Shown here one piece after another: positions 20,234-30,522 of a DNA stretch of 50,812 nt; within the stretch, counting starts at the first letter, position 1; every line of letters starts with the position of its first letter. A program made the position numbers and the translations under genes. The notes under the pieces were generated by a model that was given only the letters and a program-made list of their open reading frames with translations, had not been told where the DNA came from and did not search any database. Source of the stretch: an uncultured Rhodanobacteraceae bacterium (GTDB lineage: Bacteria; Pseudomonadota; Gammaproteobacteria; Xanthomonadales; Rhodanobacteraceae); NCBI GenBank assembly GCA_964509025.1, contig CAZDWH010000001.1, forward strand, positions 1 through 50,812, read 5' to 3'.

Positions 20234-23200
20234 GCGGTCGAAGCGCTGTTCAGCGATGCGCTCTTCGTTGCAAGACGCGCAAGTACCCAGCGGAAACCGT
20301 TCTGCTGGGCCATGATTTCGATGCCGCGGCGCAATTTGGGTGCCGCGGCATCGTGTGTGCGCTCGAGCAGCTGCAGGGCAGCGAGCCTGGCTTCGAATGC
20401 TTCCGGCATCCATTGCCGCCTGTCCGCATCGTCTGCCAGCGCGCGCAAATCCGTGACTGCGCGGTCGACCTGGCCTGACAATCCGGAAACCTCCGCCAAT
20501 GCAATATCGATCGGCAGCGCATCGGCCGGCGAGCTGATGCGCTTGCGCAATTCCCCTGCGCGACCGAATGCCTGATCTCGCGCTGCAGTTTCATTGACCT
20601 GCGCGTGGCACACTGCAAGCAGGGCCTGTGCAATCGCCTCGACGGCGGCGTCGCCATTGCGCGGTTTGCCGAGCGCAGATTGCAGGTGGCCCTGTGCTTC
20701 CGCATTGCGCCCACTGCGCAGGGCGACGTAGGCCAAAGCGATTTCCATACCAGTTATCGCCCGCTCGTCTGATGCTTTTTCTGCCAGTGCCTTCGCGCGC
20801 ATGAAGCCTGCAACTGCAGCTGCTACATCGCCCTGATCCCGGGTAACCAGCGCGCAGCGCTCGGTGGCGCTTCTGATGTATGAGGGCTCGCCAAGCTGTA
20901 GCGCTTCGTGCACCGCCTGCTCGCAGACTCGCCGGGATTCGGTCAAATCCCCGCGCAGGCGCAAGCTTTCGCCATAGAGTTGCAGAACGAATGCGTGTTC
21001 ACGGACGGCTCCGGCCTTGTCGCTCAATCGCAGCGCTTCGCGAAAATCCGCCGTCACCGCATCGGTCGCAGCCTCGCCCATGCGCAGCGACGCGATCGTG
21101 TACAGGCTCCAGATTCTGCCTCGTTCGTCGCCAATGTCGCGATAGATGTCCTGCGACATGCGCGCGGCCGTATCCGCACCATCCCGGTTGCCCTGCTTCC
21201 AGTGCAACAGCACCAGGTTGGAGTAGACCAGAGCGACACCGCGTCGATTGCCGATGCGCTGATAGGCCGTCAGCACTCTCTGATATTCGTCCGTCGCCGC
21301 GCTCAACTGATCCTGATTGTTGAGCAGGTTGGCCAGGGTCAAGCGCGCGTCTGCCTCGTAGCGCTGATTGCCGAGGCGCGCATATTCGTCAATGGCACGG
21401 TTGATCTGTGTCAGCGCAAGCGACCTTTCACCTAGCGCCTCGTTGGCGATGGCCATGTCGTAGATGGCATCGGCGGCAAGGGCCGCCTCATCACGCGTCT
21501 GCGCCAGGCGAAGCGCGGCTTCCGCGTGCTGCACCTGGGCCTTGAAGTTGCCGCGCCGCGCAGCGATCAAGGCGGCCTTGATTTCGATGCGCGGATCGTT
21601 CGCCACCGCAGGCAGCTTGCGCAACTCAGCCAGCGCGTTCTCCGCCTGGTCGAGCCTGTTGGCATTGATGAGGTCGCGGACAAGCTCGAGATGACGCTCG
21701 GGATTCCGCGCGTCACTTGCAAGCAACGCGTTGTCCAACGTCAACACTTGCGGCCAGTCCGCCTTCTGCACCGCCAACTCCCGCCGAATAAGCCTCTGCT
21801 GTTCCAGGGGCAATCCGTCGACATGCGCGGCCGCCTGTTCTGCCATCGCAAGTGCCTTCGCATCGTAACCCAAGGTCTTCAGGGCCCGCGCGAGATACAT
21901 GCCCGCAGGCGCGTATCCTGGCGCGATTGCGACGGCATTCTGCAGCTCTGCGCGTGCACGCGCAGCATCGCCCTGGTGCAGTGCTTCAAGCGCATCGCCC
22001 ATGTATTTGGCGACATCCGCACTGGGCGGCTGCGCGCGATTGATGGCTTGCCTTTCCGCTATGTCTATCGGCGCGACTCCGATCTTTTTGCGTAGCTCGC
22101 TTCCAGCCCTCTCAACAAGCGCTGGAAGGTCTGCCTGTACGCCGGTCTCCGCGACGCTCGCCAAGGTTGCCCCGTTGCGTGCATCCTGAAGCACAAGATC
22201 GACTCGCAGGTTGGCGTCGCCGCTCCCCCCGGCTACAAAATAGCTGCCACTCAATACATAGTCGGCATTCAGTCGCTGGCGCAACAACGCGAGCCCCTGA
22301 ACCGCATACCCCCCGTTGGCAAGAGTAACTAGGCCGGAACGTGCATCGCGCACGAGATTGTCCGGCAACGTATGTAATTTCCCACTCTGTGCCAATTCGG
22401 TGGCCAGCATGTGGGTCAAGGTCCGAGCAATCCAGTCCGCATCTTCTCGCTTGGCAAGATTGCTGAAGTCCACGATCGCCAGCGCGGGATCGGTCCCGGT
22501 GAATCCACGCGCCGTGCGCTCCTGCAGCATCACCACGACTGCAAGGAGCGCAATGACGGCAAGCGCCAGCGTCGCGGCTACGGCTGTGCGATTTCGACGC
22601 AAGAACTTGAAGGTACGATACGCAAGGCGATCGCGCTTCGCCGCGATCGGTTTGCCTTGCAGATAGCTGTCGATGTCGGCGGCAAACGCCTCGACGCTCG
22701 CGTAACGCCGCGTCGGCATCTGCTTCAGCGCAGTCAACGCGATCGTGTCGAGGTCCCCACGCAGGCGTCCCGGCGGCACTGGCGCGGATTCTAGTTTGAG
22801 CCTGCCGGGTGCGACCGGATCGGTGTCGAGGATGATCCTGAGCACGTCGGCCGCGTCGGCGGCGCCGCTGAAATCATGCGGTCGCCGTCCGCTCAGCAGT
22901 TCGTAGAACACGCCGCCGAGCGCGTAGACGTCGGTCGCCGGACTGATCGCGCCGCCGGCGATCTGCTCGGGCGCGGCGTAGGCCGGCGTCATCGGCTGCT
23001 CGCGTTGCGTGCGTGTCAACGTGCGCCCGGTGTCGTCGTCGGCATCGGCCTGCAGCAGTTTGGCGATGCCGAAATCGAGCAGCTTGATGCCGCCGTTCGC
23101 GGTGACGAGGATGTTCGACGGTTTGATGTCGCGATGCACGATGTGCTGCGCGTGGGCGAACTTGATCGCCGCGCAAATGCCGAGGAATAATCCTAGGCGA

Positions 23201-23766
23201 TCCTCGAGCTTGAGCTGATGCTCGGCACAATAGCTCAGCAGCGGCAAACCTTCGACGTATTCCATCGCGAAATACGGGCGCCCGTCCGGCGCGATGCCGC
23301 CATCGAGCAAGTGCGCGATGTTCGGATGATCCAGGCGCGCGAGGATCTGGCGTTCGCGCAGGAAGCGCCCGAGCACGGCTTCGGAATCCATGCCGCGCTT
23401 GATCAGCTTGAGCGCGGCGCGTTGCTTGAACTGTCCGTCCGCGCGCTCGGCCAGCCAGACCACGCCCATGCCGCCCATGCCGATTTTCGACACGAGCCGC
23501 CATGGACCGATGCGCGCGCCGGCTGCGTAGGCATCGGCGATGACGAGCGCGTCGTCCACGCGAGTCGCTTTCGACTCGCCCGGCTCGGAACGGAACGCGT
23601 CGCCAGGACGCGGCGCTTCCTGCGAATCGAGCATCGACACGACAAGCTGTTCGAGTTCCGCATCGCCGCCGCAGAGACTTTGCAGCGCGGCGTCGCGCTG
23701 CTCGCGCGGCGTGCCGAGCACGCGCTCGAAAATTTCGCCTACGCGATGCCAGCGCTCGGTGTCCAT
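20215..23766 (-). CDS. Hanks-type Ser/Thr kinase with TM helix, TolB-N-like domain and TPR array
   Basis: GMGGMGVV, ALK, HRDIKPSN, DFG, TPAYAAPEQ, DVYALG. TM TAVAATLALAVIALLAVVVML. LAIVDFSNL...DWIA segment, then helical repeats. Confidence 0.93.
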   Translation of the reverse strand: MDTERWHRVGEIFERVLGTPREQRDAALQSLCGGDAELEQLVVSMLDSQEAPRPGDAFRSEPGESKATRVDDALVIADAYAAGARIGPWRLVSKIGMGGMGVVWLAERADGQFKQRAALKLIKRGMDSEAVLGRFLRERQILARLDHPNIAHLLDGGIAPDGRPYFAMEYVEGLPLLSYCAEHQLKLEDRLGLFLGICAAIKFAHAQHIVHRDIKPSNILVTANGGIKLLDFGIAKLLQADADDDTGRTLTRTQREQPMTPAYAAPEQIAGGAISPATDVYALGGVFYELLSGRRPHDFSGAADAADVLRIILDTDPVAPGRLKLESAPVPPGRLRGDLDTIALTALKQMPTRRYASVEAFAADIDSYLQGKPIAAKRDRLAYRTFKFLRRNRTAVAATLALAVIALLAVVVMLQERTARGFTGTDPALAIVDFSNLAKREDADWIARTLTHMLATELAQSGKLHTLPDNLVRDARSGLVTLANGGYAVQGLALLRQRLNADYVLSGSYFVAGGSGDANLRVDLVLQDARNGATLASVAETGVQADLPALVERAGSELRKKIGVAPIDIAERQAINRAQPPSADVAKYMGDALEALHQGDAARARAELQNAVAIAPGYAPAGMYLARALKTLGYDAKALAMAEQAAAHVDGLPLEQQRLIRRELAVQKADWPQVLTLDNALLASDARNPERHLELVRDLINANRLDQAENALAELRKLPAVANDPRIEIKAALIAARRGNFKAQVQHAEAALRLAQTRDEAALAADAIYDMAIANEALGERSLALTQINRAIDEYARLGNQRYEADARLTLANLLNNQDQLSAATDEYQRVLTAYQRIGNRRGVALVYSNLVLLHWKQGNRDGADTAARMSQDIYRDIGDERGRIWSLYTIASLRMGEAATDAVTADFREALRLSDKAGAVREHAFVLQLYGESLRLRGDLTESRRVCEQAVHEALQLGEPSYIRSATERCALVTRDQGDVAAAVAGFMRAKALAEKASDERAITGMEIALAYVALRSGRNAEAQGHLQSALGKPRNGDAAVEAIAQALLAVCHAQVNETAARDQAFGRAGELRKRISSPADALPIDIALAEVSGLSGQVDRAVTDLRALADDADRRQWMPEAFEARLAALQLLERTHDAAAPKLRRGIEIMAQQNGFRWVLARLATKSASLNSASTAQSPLI

Positions 23767-23996
23767 CAGCGTTGCAATACTGGAGTGTGCGATCGAAGCA
23801 ACGCACGCGCGCCCACGCGCGCATCGGATGCGCTATACAGCGTTCGCGCCGCAACAACCCGGCTCGCCTTCGCATTCCCCATGGGACGCCCTTCCAAGGC
23901 TCCAATGCCACCGCGACTATAGTTCGCGCCCCACCACGAGTGCAACGCGCTGGGCGGACTGCGAACCGGCGCACACGGATCGGCGTTGGCGCGAAT

Positions 23997-24014
23997 ATTG
24001 TACTTTTGTACAAG
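23997..24014 (+). promoter_or_regulatory. Palindromic operator ATTGTAC-TTTT-GTACAAG (putative response-regulator site)
   Basis: Perfect TTGTAC-N4-GTACAA palindrome 95 nt upstream of the regulator ATG. Two more copies at 32805 and 32888. Confidence 0.7.
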
Positions 24015-24109
24015 CGGCGTACCGCTGCGCAGCACGCGCAGCGCGAATCGGCTAGAGTCGGCCTCATCCCGCGCCTTGCGTTGGCGCGGACTCCAGCCTT
24101 GCGACGCGC

Positions 24110-24778
24110 ATGTCTTCGATCCTGATTGCCGACGATCACCCGATGTTCCGCGTGGCGCTGCGTATCGCCGCCAGCGCAGCGGTGCCGGACGCGCACATCG
24201 CCGAAGTCGCCGATCTCGCTGCGGCGCTCTCTCACCTCGACGCGGAACCCGACACCGAGCTCGCCCTGCTCGACCTGCACATGCCCGGCAGCCGCGGGCT
24301 CACGGGGCTCGCCGCGCTGCGCACCCAGCATCCGGGCCTCACCGTCCTGGTCGTCTCCGCGCACGACGATCCCGGCGTAGTCCGTCGCGTCCTCGATCAC
24401 GGCGCAGCCGGATTCATTCCCAAAAGTTCGACGCCCGAGGAGATCGGCACGGCGATCCGCTGCGTGCTCGACCGCGGCCGCTGGATTCCGCCGCAACTGG
24501 CAGCGGCCGTGTCGTCGCTGCACAGCGACCCGCGCGATGCCGACCTCGCCAGCCGCCTGGCGAGCCTGACCGAGCAGCAGTTCCGCGTGCTCGGACAGAT
24601 CGCGGAGGGACGCCTGAACAAACAGATCGCCGCCGCATTCGGCATCACCGAACGCACGGTGAAAGCGCACGTCAGCGCGATCTTCGAAAAACTCGGCGTG
24701 CGCAACCGCACCCAGGCCGGCGTGTTGCTGCGTCAGCTCGATCTCAATTCGCCCTGGCGCGATTCTGCGCCGCAGTGA
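24110..24778 (+). CDS. NarL/LuxR-family response regulator (CrbR/ErdR-like)
   Basis: IADDHP, LLDLHMPG, GFIPKS. HTH LTEQQ...NKQIA...ERTVKAHVSAIFEKLGVRNRTQA. Confidence 0.93.
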   Translation: MSSILIADDHPMFRVALRIAASAAVPDAHIAEVADLAAALSHLDAEPDTELALLDLHMPGSRGLTGLAALRTQHPGLTVLVVSAHDDPGVVRRVLDHGAAGFIPKSSTPEEIGTAIRCVLDRGRWIPPQLAAAVSSLHSDPRDADLASRLASLTEQQFRVLGQIAEGRLNKQIAAAFGITERTVKAHVSAIFEKLGVRNRTQAGVLLRQLDLNSPWRDSAPQ

Positions 24779-24781
24779 ACC

Positions 24782-27700
24782 TCAGGCCGGCGTCGGCGCG
24801 AGCTGACGCAGGCGCAACAGGGTCTGGTGCAAGGCCAGCGGCTTGAGCGGTTTGTACAGCACGGTCAGCCCCTCGGCCTGGATGCGCTGGCGCAACGCGC
24901 GATCGCGATCGGCGGTCAGGATGATCGTCGGCACACGCGCACCTGCGGCATGGATCGTGCGCGCAAGATCGAGGCCGGTGCGGCCCGCGTCGAGGTGATA
25001 GTCGAAGATCGCGATATCCGCCTCGTGTGCGTGCTGCGCGGCGTGCTCTGGCGTGCGCGCGGCGATCACCTTCCAGCCCCAGTTCTCGAGCAGCAGCCGC
25101 AGCGCGAGCAGCGCCTGCGGCTCGTTGTCGACGACGAGCGCGCTGCCTGCGCTGGCAACGTGCATCGGCTCCGCGCCAACCGGCGCCGCCGCCTGCACGG
25201 GTGCGAGCGGCACATGCACCGCGAACACGCTGCCGTGGCGCGGCCACGAACGCAGACTCAGATGGTGACCGAGCAGGTTGGCGATGCGCTCGGCGATCGC
25301 CAGGCCGAGCCCGAGCCCCTGGCCGGAGGCATTGCCGCCGCGGCGGAACTCCTCGAAGATCAGCCGCTGCTCGGCGGGCTCGATACCCGGCCCGGTGTCC
25401 CAGACCTCGATGCGCAGTCGCTCGCCCTCGCGGCGGCTACCGAACAACACGCGCCCGCGTTCGGTGTGGCGCAGCGCGTTGCCGAGGAAGTTCTGCAGGA
25501 TGCGACGCAGCAGTTGCGGGTCCGAATGCACCCACGCGCGCGTCGGCATGGCATCGAAGCGCAGCCCGCGCTCCGCCGCGAGCACGGCGAATTCCGCTGC
25601 GAGCGGCGCGAGCACCTCGTCGAGTGCGAACGCGCGCGCACGCGGATCAAGCTGGCCACCGTCGAGCCGCGCGATGTCGAGCAATCCGCCGAGCAGGTTT
25701 TCGGTCGCGTTGAGCGCGCCCTCGAGATGTTGCGTGGTCGCGCGCTCGTGCGTGTCCGCGCGTGTGCGCAGCATGTGCGCGAATAGCTGCGCCGCGTGCA
25801 GCGGCTGCATCAGATCGTGACTGACCGCGGCGAGAAAGCGGCTCTTCGTTTCGTTGGCGCGTTCAGCCTGCTGCATCGCCTGCGCCAACGCCGCGGTGCG
25901 TTCGACCACGCGCTGTTCGAGCGTCGCGTTGGCGAGCATCAACGCGCTCTCGGTGCTGCGGAACGCAGTGACGTCGCTGAACGTCGCGACATAGCCGCCG
26001 CCCGGAATCGGATTGCCGCGGATTTCGATCACGCTGCCGTCGGGGAAGCGGCGCTCGGACAGATGCGGCGTACCGTTGCGCATATGCGCCAGGCGTGCGT
26101 TGACGCGCGCCGCGACGTCGTCGCTCGCGCCGATCACCCCAGCATCGATGTTGTACGCGGTCAGTTCCGCCACCGCGCGCCCGACCTTGAGCATCCCTGC
26201 CGGATAAGCGAACAGCTCGGCGTAGCGCCGGTTCCACGCGACCACGCGCAACTGCGCATCGACCACGCAGATGCCCTGGCTCATGCTTTCGAGCGCCGCC
26301 TCGAGCACGCGCTGATTGAAGCGCAGATCGGCCGAGGCCTCGCCGACGATCGCCGCGACCGTATCGAGCTGACCGACGCGGTCGCTGTGCGCGGCGTCGA
26401 GCAACAGTCGCGCCGACGACGCGCCGATCACCGCGGCGAGTTCGTGCGCGACGCCGGCCAGCGTTGCCTCATCCACGATCGCCGCGTGCGGCGACGCAGG
26501 GAACAGCGCGGCGACGCGCTCCGGCGGCAGGAAGCGCGCCGCCAGCGTGCGCAGCTGCGTCCACTCCAGCGCATGCCGCGGACGTGTCTCGATGCGACCG
26601 CGACCGAGCGAGGCGACGAGTGCCATGATCGCGATATTGGCGCACAGGCTCGACACGACGGCGCGCGCGAGCGGACTCCATGCGCCGAGCCCGAACAGGT
26701 CGGAAGGCGCCAGTACGGCCACGCCGAACGGGCCGGATTCGAGCCACGCTGCGCCGGGCCCGACGATGGTCGGCAGCAAGGCGTACAGCCACACCGCGGT
26801 GCCGGCAGCGAGTCCGGCGAACACCGCGCGTGCGCCAAGGGCCGGACGATACACCGCGACGAGTGCGCCGGGCGCGAGGCCCGCCAGGGCCGAGAACGAG
26901 AGCGCGCCGATGTCGGCGAGCGCATCGTTGCCGACGAGCACACGGCTGTAGGCCCATGCGAGCAGCAGCACCGCGAGGATCGCGACCCGGCGCAAATTCA
27001 ATACCTCGCCGCGCAGATCTTCGCGCCGACTGCGCGCCCAACCGCCGAGCGCGCGCAACGGCGCGATGAGATGATTCGCAACCATGAGGCTCAGCGCGTA
27101 GGTCGCCACGATCACCATGCTGGTCGCCGCCGACAGGCCGCCGAGGAACGCGAGCAGCGCGAGGCCGCCGTGCCCTTGTGCCAGCGGCAAAGCCAGCACG
27201 TACAGGTCGGACGGCACGCCCGCGGCCGCAAGCTGCGCGTCGCCGAGGCGCGCAAGCGGCAGGATCGGCAACGAGATCAGCAGGATGTAGAGCGGGAACA
27301 TCCAGCGTGCCGTGCGCACATGCGCGGCATTGCGGCACTCGACCACGCCGGCATGGAACTGGTGCGGCATGGTGAACATCGCGAGCGCGCCGAGCAGGAT
27401 CAGCGCCGGGAATCCGCGCGTGTCGTGCGCCGGCGCCTTCGCCAGCGCCGTGGCGTCGTGCGCGCCGAACACGAGCAGGCCGAGCGCCAGCATCGCGACG
27501 AGCTTGAACAGCGACTCGAACGCGATCGCGAGCACCAGGCCGCGGTTGTGCGCGACCGCCGACGCACGGCGCGTGCCGAACAGCATCGCGAACAGCGCCA
27601 TCAGCAGCGCGACGTACAGCGCGCTGTCCTGCCACGCCAGCGACTCACGCTCGCGATACACGAGGATGCCGTAGCTCATCGCGACCGCTTTGAGCTGCAG

Positions 27701-28090
27701 CGCGATGTACGGCACGATGCCGAGCAGGGTCACGATGGTGACCAGTGCAGCGAGGCTCGAACTGCGCCCGAGCCGCGCCGCGATCAGGTCGGCGAGCGAG
27801 CTGGCATTGCTTTCGCGCGCGAGTTCGACCAGGCGCTGCAGCACGCCGAAGCCGAGCACGTACAACAGGATCACGCCGGCGAACGTCGGCGGCAGCCACC
27901 AGCCGGAGCGGCTCGCCTGCGTGACCGTGCCGTAGAACGTCCACGAGGTGCAGTGCACGGCGAGCGACAGTGCATAGACCACGGCCCACTGCCGGCGCAG
28001 GAAGCCCGGCCGACGCTCGCCATAGAGCGCCACGCCGAACAGCACGCCGAGCCAGAGTACGCTGGCGCCGAGAACCGTGGTCGCGTTCAT
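24782..28090 (-). CDS. CrbS-like hybrid sensor kinase (SLC5/SSF - STAC - PAS - HisKA - HATPase - REC)
   Basis: SLC5-like TM region (LSLAVHCTSWTFYG, PYIALQLKA, GGLSAATSM). STAC-like LAAVIGASSAR. H-box SHDLMQPL, N-box NFLGNA, DTGPGI, GLGLGL. C-terminal receiver (VVDNE, DYHLD, KP). Confidence 0.92.
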   Translation of the reverse strand: MNATTVLGASVLWLGVLFGVALYGERRPGFLRRQWAVVYALSLAVHCTSWTFYGTVTQASRSGWWLPPTFAGVILLYVLGFGVLQRLVELARESNASSLADLIAARLGRSSSLAALVTIVTLLGIVPYIALQLKAVAMSYGILVYRERESLAWQDSALYVALLMALFAMLFGTRRASAVAHNRGLVLAIAFESLFKLVAMLALGLLVFGAHDATALAKAPAHDTRGFPALILLGALAMFTMPHQFHAGVVECRNAAHVRTARWMFPLYILLISLPILPLARLGDAQLAAAGVPSDLYVLALPLAQGHGGLALLAFLGGLSAATSMVIVATYALSLMVANHLIAPLRALGGWARSRREDLRGEVLNLRRVAILAVLLLAWAYSRVLVGNDALADIGALSFSALAGLAPGALVAVYRPALGARAVFAGLAAGTAVWLYALLPTIVGPGAAWLESGPFGVAVLAPSDLFGLGAWSPLARAVVSSLCANIAIMALVASLGRGRIETRPRHALEWTQLRTLAARFLPPERVAALFPASPHAAIVDEATLAGVAHELAAVIGASSARLLLDAAHSDRVGQLDTVAAIVGEASADLRFNQRVLEAALESMSQGICVVDAQLRVVAWNRRYAELFAYPAGMLKVGRAVAELTAYNIDAGVIGASDDVAARVNARLAHMRNGTPHLSERRFPDGSVIEIRGNPIPGGGYVATFSDVTAFRSTESALMLANATLEQRVVERTAALAQAMQQAERANETKSRFLAAVSHDLMQPLHAAQLFAHMLRTRADTHERATTQHLEGALNATENLLGGLLDIARLDGGQLDPRARAFALDEVLAPLAAEFAVLAAERGLRFDAMPTRAWVHSDPQLLRRILQNFLGNALRHTERGRVLFGSRREGERLRIEVWDTGPGIEPAEQRLIFEEFRRGGNASGQGLGLGLAIAERIANLLGHHLSLRSWPRHGSVFAVHVPLAPVQAAAPVGAEPMHVASAGSALVVDNEPQALLALRLLLENWGWKVIAARTPEHAAQHAHEADIAIFDYHLDAGRTGLDLARTIHAAGARVPTIILTADRDRALRQRIQAEGLTVLYKPLKPLALHQTLLRLRQLAPTPA

Positions 28091-28112
28091 CGCGCGCGCC
28101 GGCGCGAACGGA

Positions 28113-29144
28113 TCAGCGCCGCGGCGCGACGCCGAGCGCGGCGAGCGCGTTCGTCAGCCAGCGCAGCTGCACGCCGTCGCGGCTGTCGTAATTCGCTCCG
28201 GAATAGCCGAACCAGTCCCAGCATGCCTTTGGATTCAACGGCGTGTAACTCACGCGCGTCTGAGGATACAGCACGGCCACATCGTAGACGTCGGCCCAGC
28301 GGTTGAAGCCGGCGTCGCGCACGAACGCCTCGCCGATGTTGTCCGCGTTCTGCTGGCAGCCGTGCAGCGCGACCAGCACGCCGCAGCGGGCCCCGCGCGC
28401 GCAGCTGCGCGGCAAGTAAAGATAACCGCTGTCGGCAAGATAGGCATCGGCACCGCCGGGCTTGAACGCGTTCTGATCGAAGCGACGCAATTCGCCCGCG
28501 GCTTCGGTCGGCGTCCGCTTCGGCGCACCGTACAGTGCGGCGAAAATCGCGCCGGCCGCGTCGAAGCCGCACTTGCCGAGGAACGGTTTCTCCGACTTGT
28601 CGCAGTCGGTGCCGTTCGCCTGAGTCGGCATGGTGTGACTGAATACGCGCGCGCCGTCCCAGGTCACGTCGATCGAGCCGAGCGCGGGCTGCGCCTTGAG
28701 TGCGCCGTAGAAATCCGCGCTCGACTTCGCCACGTTCTCCGCCACGACCGGATCGAGGGTACCGTGCAAAATATATACTTTTGCTCCGGCCAGATTCTTC
28801 AGCGCGCCGATTTCGCCTTTCTCCGAACGCGCCAGCGCGCGCTGCGCCAGCGCCGTCGCGTCGGGCGCGGGCGCGCCCTTCATGCAGGTGCTCAGTGCGG
28901 TTTCGATCTTGCCCTGGGCGCAACCGTAGGGGCCGCCAGCGACCAGTGCGGCGCCATGGAAAATCTCCGGGTACGCCAGCTGCGCCTGCGTCGCCATGTA
29001 GGCGCCCGAGGACAGGCCGGCTACGCCGACGCGCGCGGCGTCGACGTGCAATGCCGGCAGGCGGTTGTTGTCGGGCGCCGACTGCGCGGCGCAGCCGCAC
29101 AGCGCGATGGCGCAGACGCAAAGGCGGGCTAGCAAGAATTTCAT
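28113..29144 (-). CDS. PHB depolymerase-family esterase (type II catalytic domain), possible lipoprotein
   Basis: N-terminal lipase box GLSSG, AGGPYGCA, HGTLD, later LHGCQQ and NPKACWDWFGY. Signal peptide with LCGC. Start overlaps the MFS stop (ATGA). Confidence 0.85.
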   Translation of the reverse strand: MKFLLARLCVCAIALCGCAAQSAPDNNRLPALHVDAARVGVAGLSSGAYMATQAQLAYPEIFHGAALVAGGPYGCAQGKIETALSTCMKGAPAPDATALAQRALARSEKGEIGALKNLAGAKVYILHGTLDPVVAENVAKSSADFYGALKAQPALGSIDVTWDGARVFSHTMPTQANGTDCDKSEKPFLGKCGFDAAGAIFAALYGAPKRTPTEAAGELRRFDQNAFKPGGADAYLADSGYLYLPRSCARGARCGVLVALHGCQQNADNIGEAFVRDAGFNRWADVYDVAVLYPQTRVSYTPLNPKACWDWFGYSGANYDSRDGVQLRWLTNALAALGVAPRR

Positions 29145-30430
29145 GTGCGATCTCCTGAAGGATTCATTGGCGCATCGTCGACCCAATCGCGCTCCACACG
29201 CAAAGCCGCGAGCAGCAACAGTGCCGCCGCAGCGAGATAGAAACCAAGGCCGTAGAGAAAGGCGAACTTGATCGAATCGTCACCGTGCAGCGGACGCAAC
29301 CAGTCGGACATCCTGCCGAAAAAATACGGCCCGATGCCCAGACCGATCAAGTTGTTGACGAGCAGGAACAGCGCCGACATCGTGCTGCGCGAAGTCGCCG
29401 GGGCCAAATGCTGCACGGCGGTGAGCACCGGGCCGAGCCACATCAGGCCGAGCGCCTGTGGCACGAGAAACAGCCAGAACGCCTCCTGCGGTGTCTGCGC
29501 GAGTATGCCGAGCGCATACAGCGGCGCCGACACCACGAAAGCCGCGGCGGGAATCAGTGCGTATGCGCGCAGCGAACGCTGACCGAAGCGGTCACCGAGC
29601 CAGCCGCCGAGCGCCATGCCGGCGACGCCCGCAACAAACACGATGGCGGCAAGAAATTGCGAACGCGCGACGATGTCCATAGCGAGCGAACGCGCGAGAA
29701 AGGTCGGCAGCCAGTACAGAAAACCGTAACCCACCAGGGACGAGCAGCCCGCGCCGAACGCGAGCAACCAGAACGTCGGTTTCGACGCGGCGAGCTGCGC
29801 CGTGTCGAGCAACCTCGGCGCTGCCATCGCAGCCGGTTTGGCGCGCGCGGGATCAGCGACGAGCGAGCGGAATATCGGCGCCAGCACGATGCCCGCGATG
29901 CCGATCGCAAAAAAGGCAAAGCGCCAGTCCACCGCTTTCGCCACCAGCCCGCCGAACAGGATGCCCGCCGCGGCACCGATCGGAATTCCGAACGAATAGA
30001 TCGCCAGCGCGCGTGCGTGCAGGCGCGGCGGGAAATAGTCGGCGATCAGGCTGTAGGCCGGCGCGACGCCGCCGGCCTCGCCCACGCCGACGCCCATGCG
30101 CGCGAGAAACAGCATCGGGAAACTCGCCGCCACGCCGCACAACGCGGTGAAGCCCGACCACAGCGCGAGCGCGCCGGTCATCATCCACACGCGCGAGTAG
30201 CGATCGGCGAGCCAGGCCGCGGGCAGTGCGAGTACCGAATAGAACAGCGCGAAGGCGAAACCTCCGAGCAATCCCAGGTCGCTGTCGGACAGGTGCAGTT
30301 CCGCCGCAATCGGCTCCTTGAGGATGCTCAGGATCTGCCGATCGAGAAAATTCAATGTATAGACGACGACCAGCAGGAACAGGACGAAATTGCGCCTGGA
30401 ACCGCTCACCTCATTCGCGCATGGGCTCAT
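29141..30430 (-). CDS. Spinster-like MFS transporter
   Basis: NFLDRQIL, WLADRYSR, RMGVGVGEAG, LIADYFPP. About 12 hydrophobic segments. Start trimmed to ATG 30430. Confidence 0.9.
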   Translation of the reverse strand: MSPCANEVSGSRRNFVLFLLVVVYTLNFLDRQILSILKEPIAAELHLSDSDLGLLGGFAFALFYSVLALPAAWLADRYSRVWMMTGALALWSGFTALCGVAASFPMLFLARMGVGVGEAGGVAPAYSLIADYFPPRLHARALAIYSFGIPIGAAAGILFGGLVAKAVDWRFAFFAIGIAGIVLAPIFRSLVADPARAKPAAMAAPRLLDTAQLAASKPTFWLLAFGAGCSSLVGYGFLYWLPTFLARSLAMDIVARSQFLAAIVFVAGVAGMALGGWLGDRFGQRSLRAYALIPAAAFVVSAPLYALGILAQTPQEAFWLFLVPQALGLMWLGPVLTAVQHLAPATSRSTMSALFLLVNNLIGLGIGPYFFGRMSDWLRPLHGDDSIKFAFLYGLGFYLAAAALLLLAALRVERDWVDDAPMNPSGDRT

Positions 30431-30522
30431 CGTCGCGTTGCGCGGCTTCAGCTGCATCCGGAGCATCCCTGGAAAAAACCTTGCGCGCGCTCGACGCGAA
30501 CCGCTCGCGCGCAAGGCGCCAC

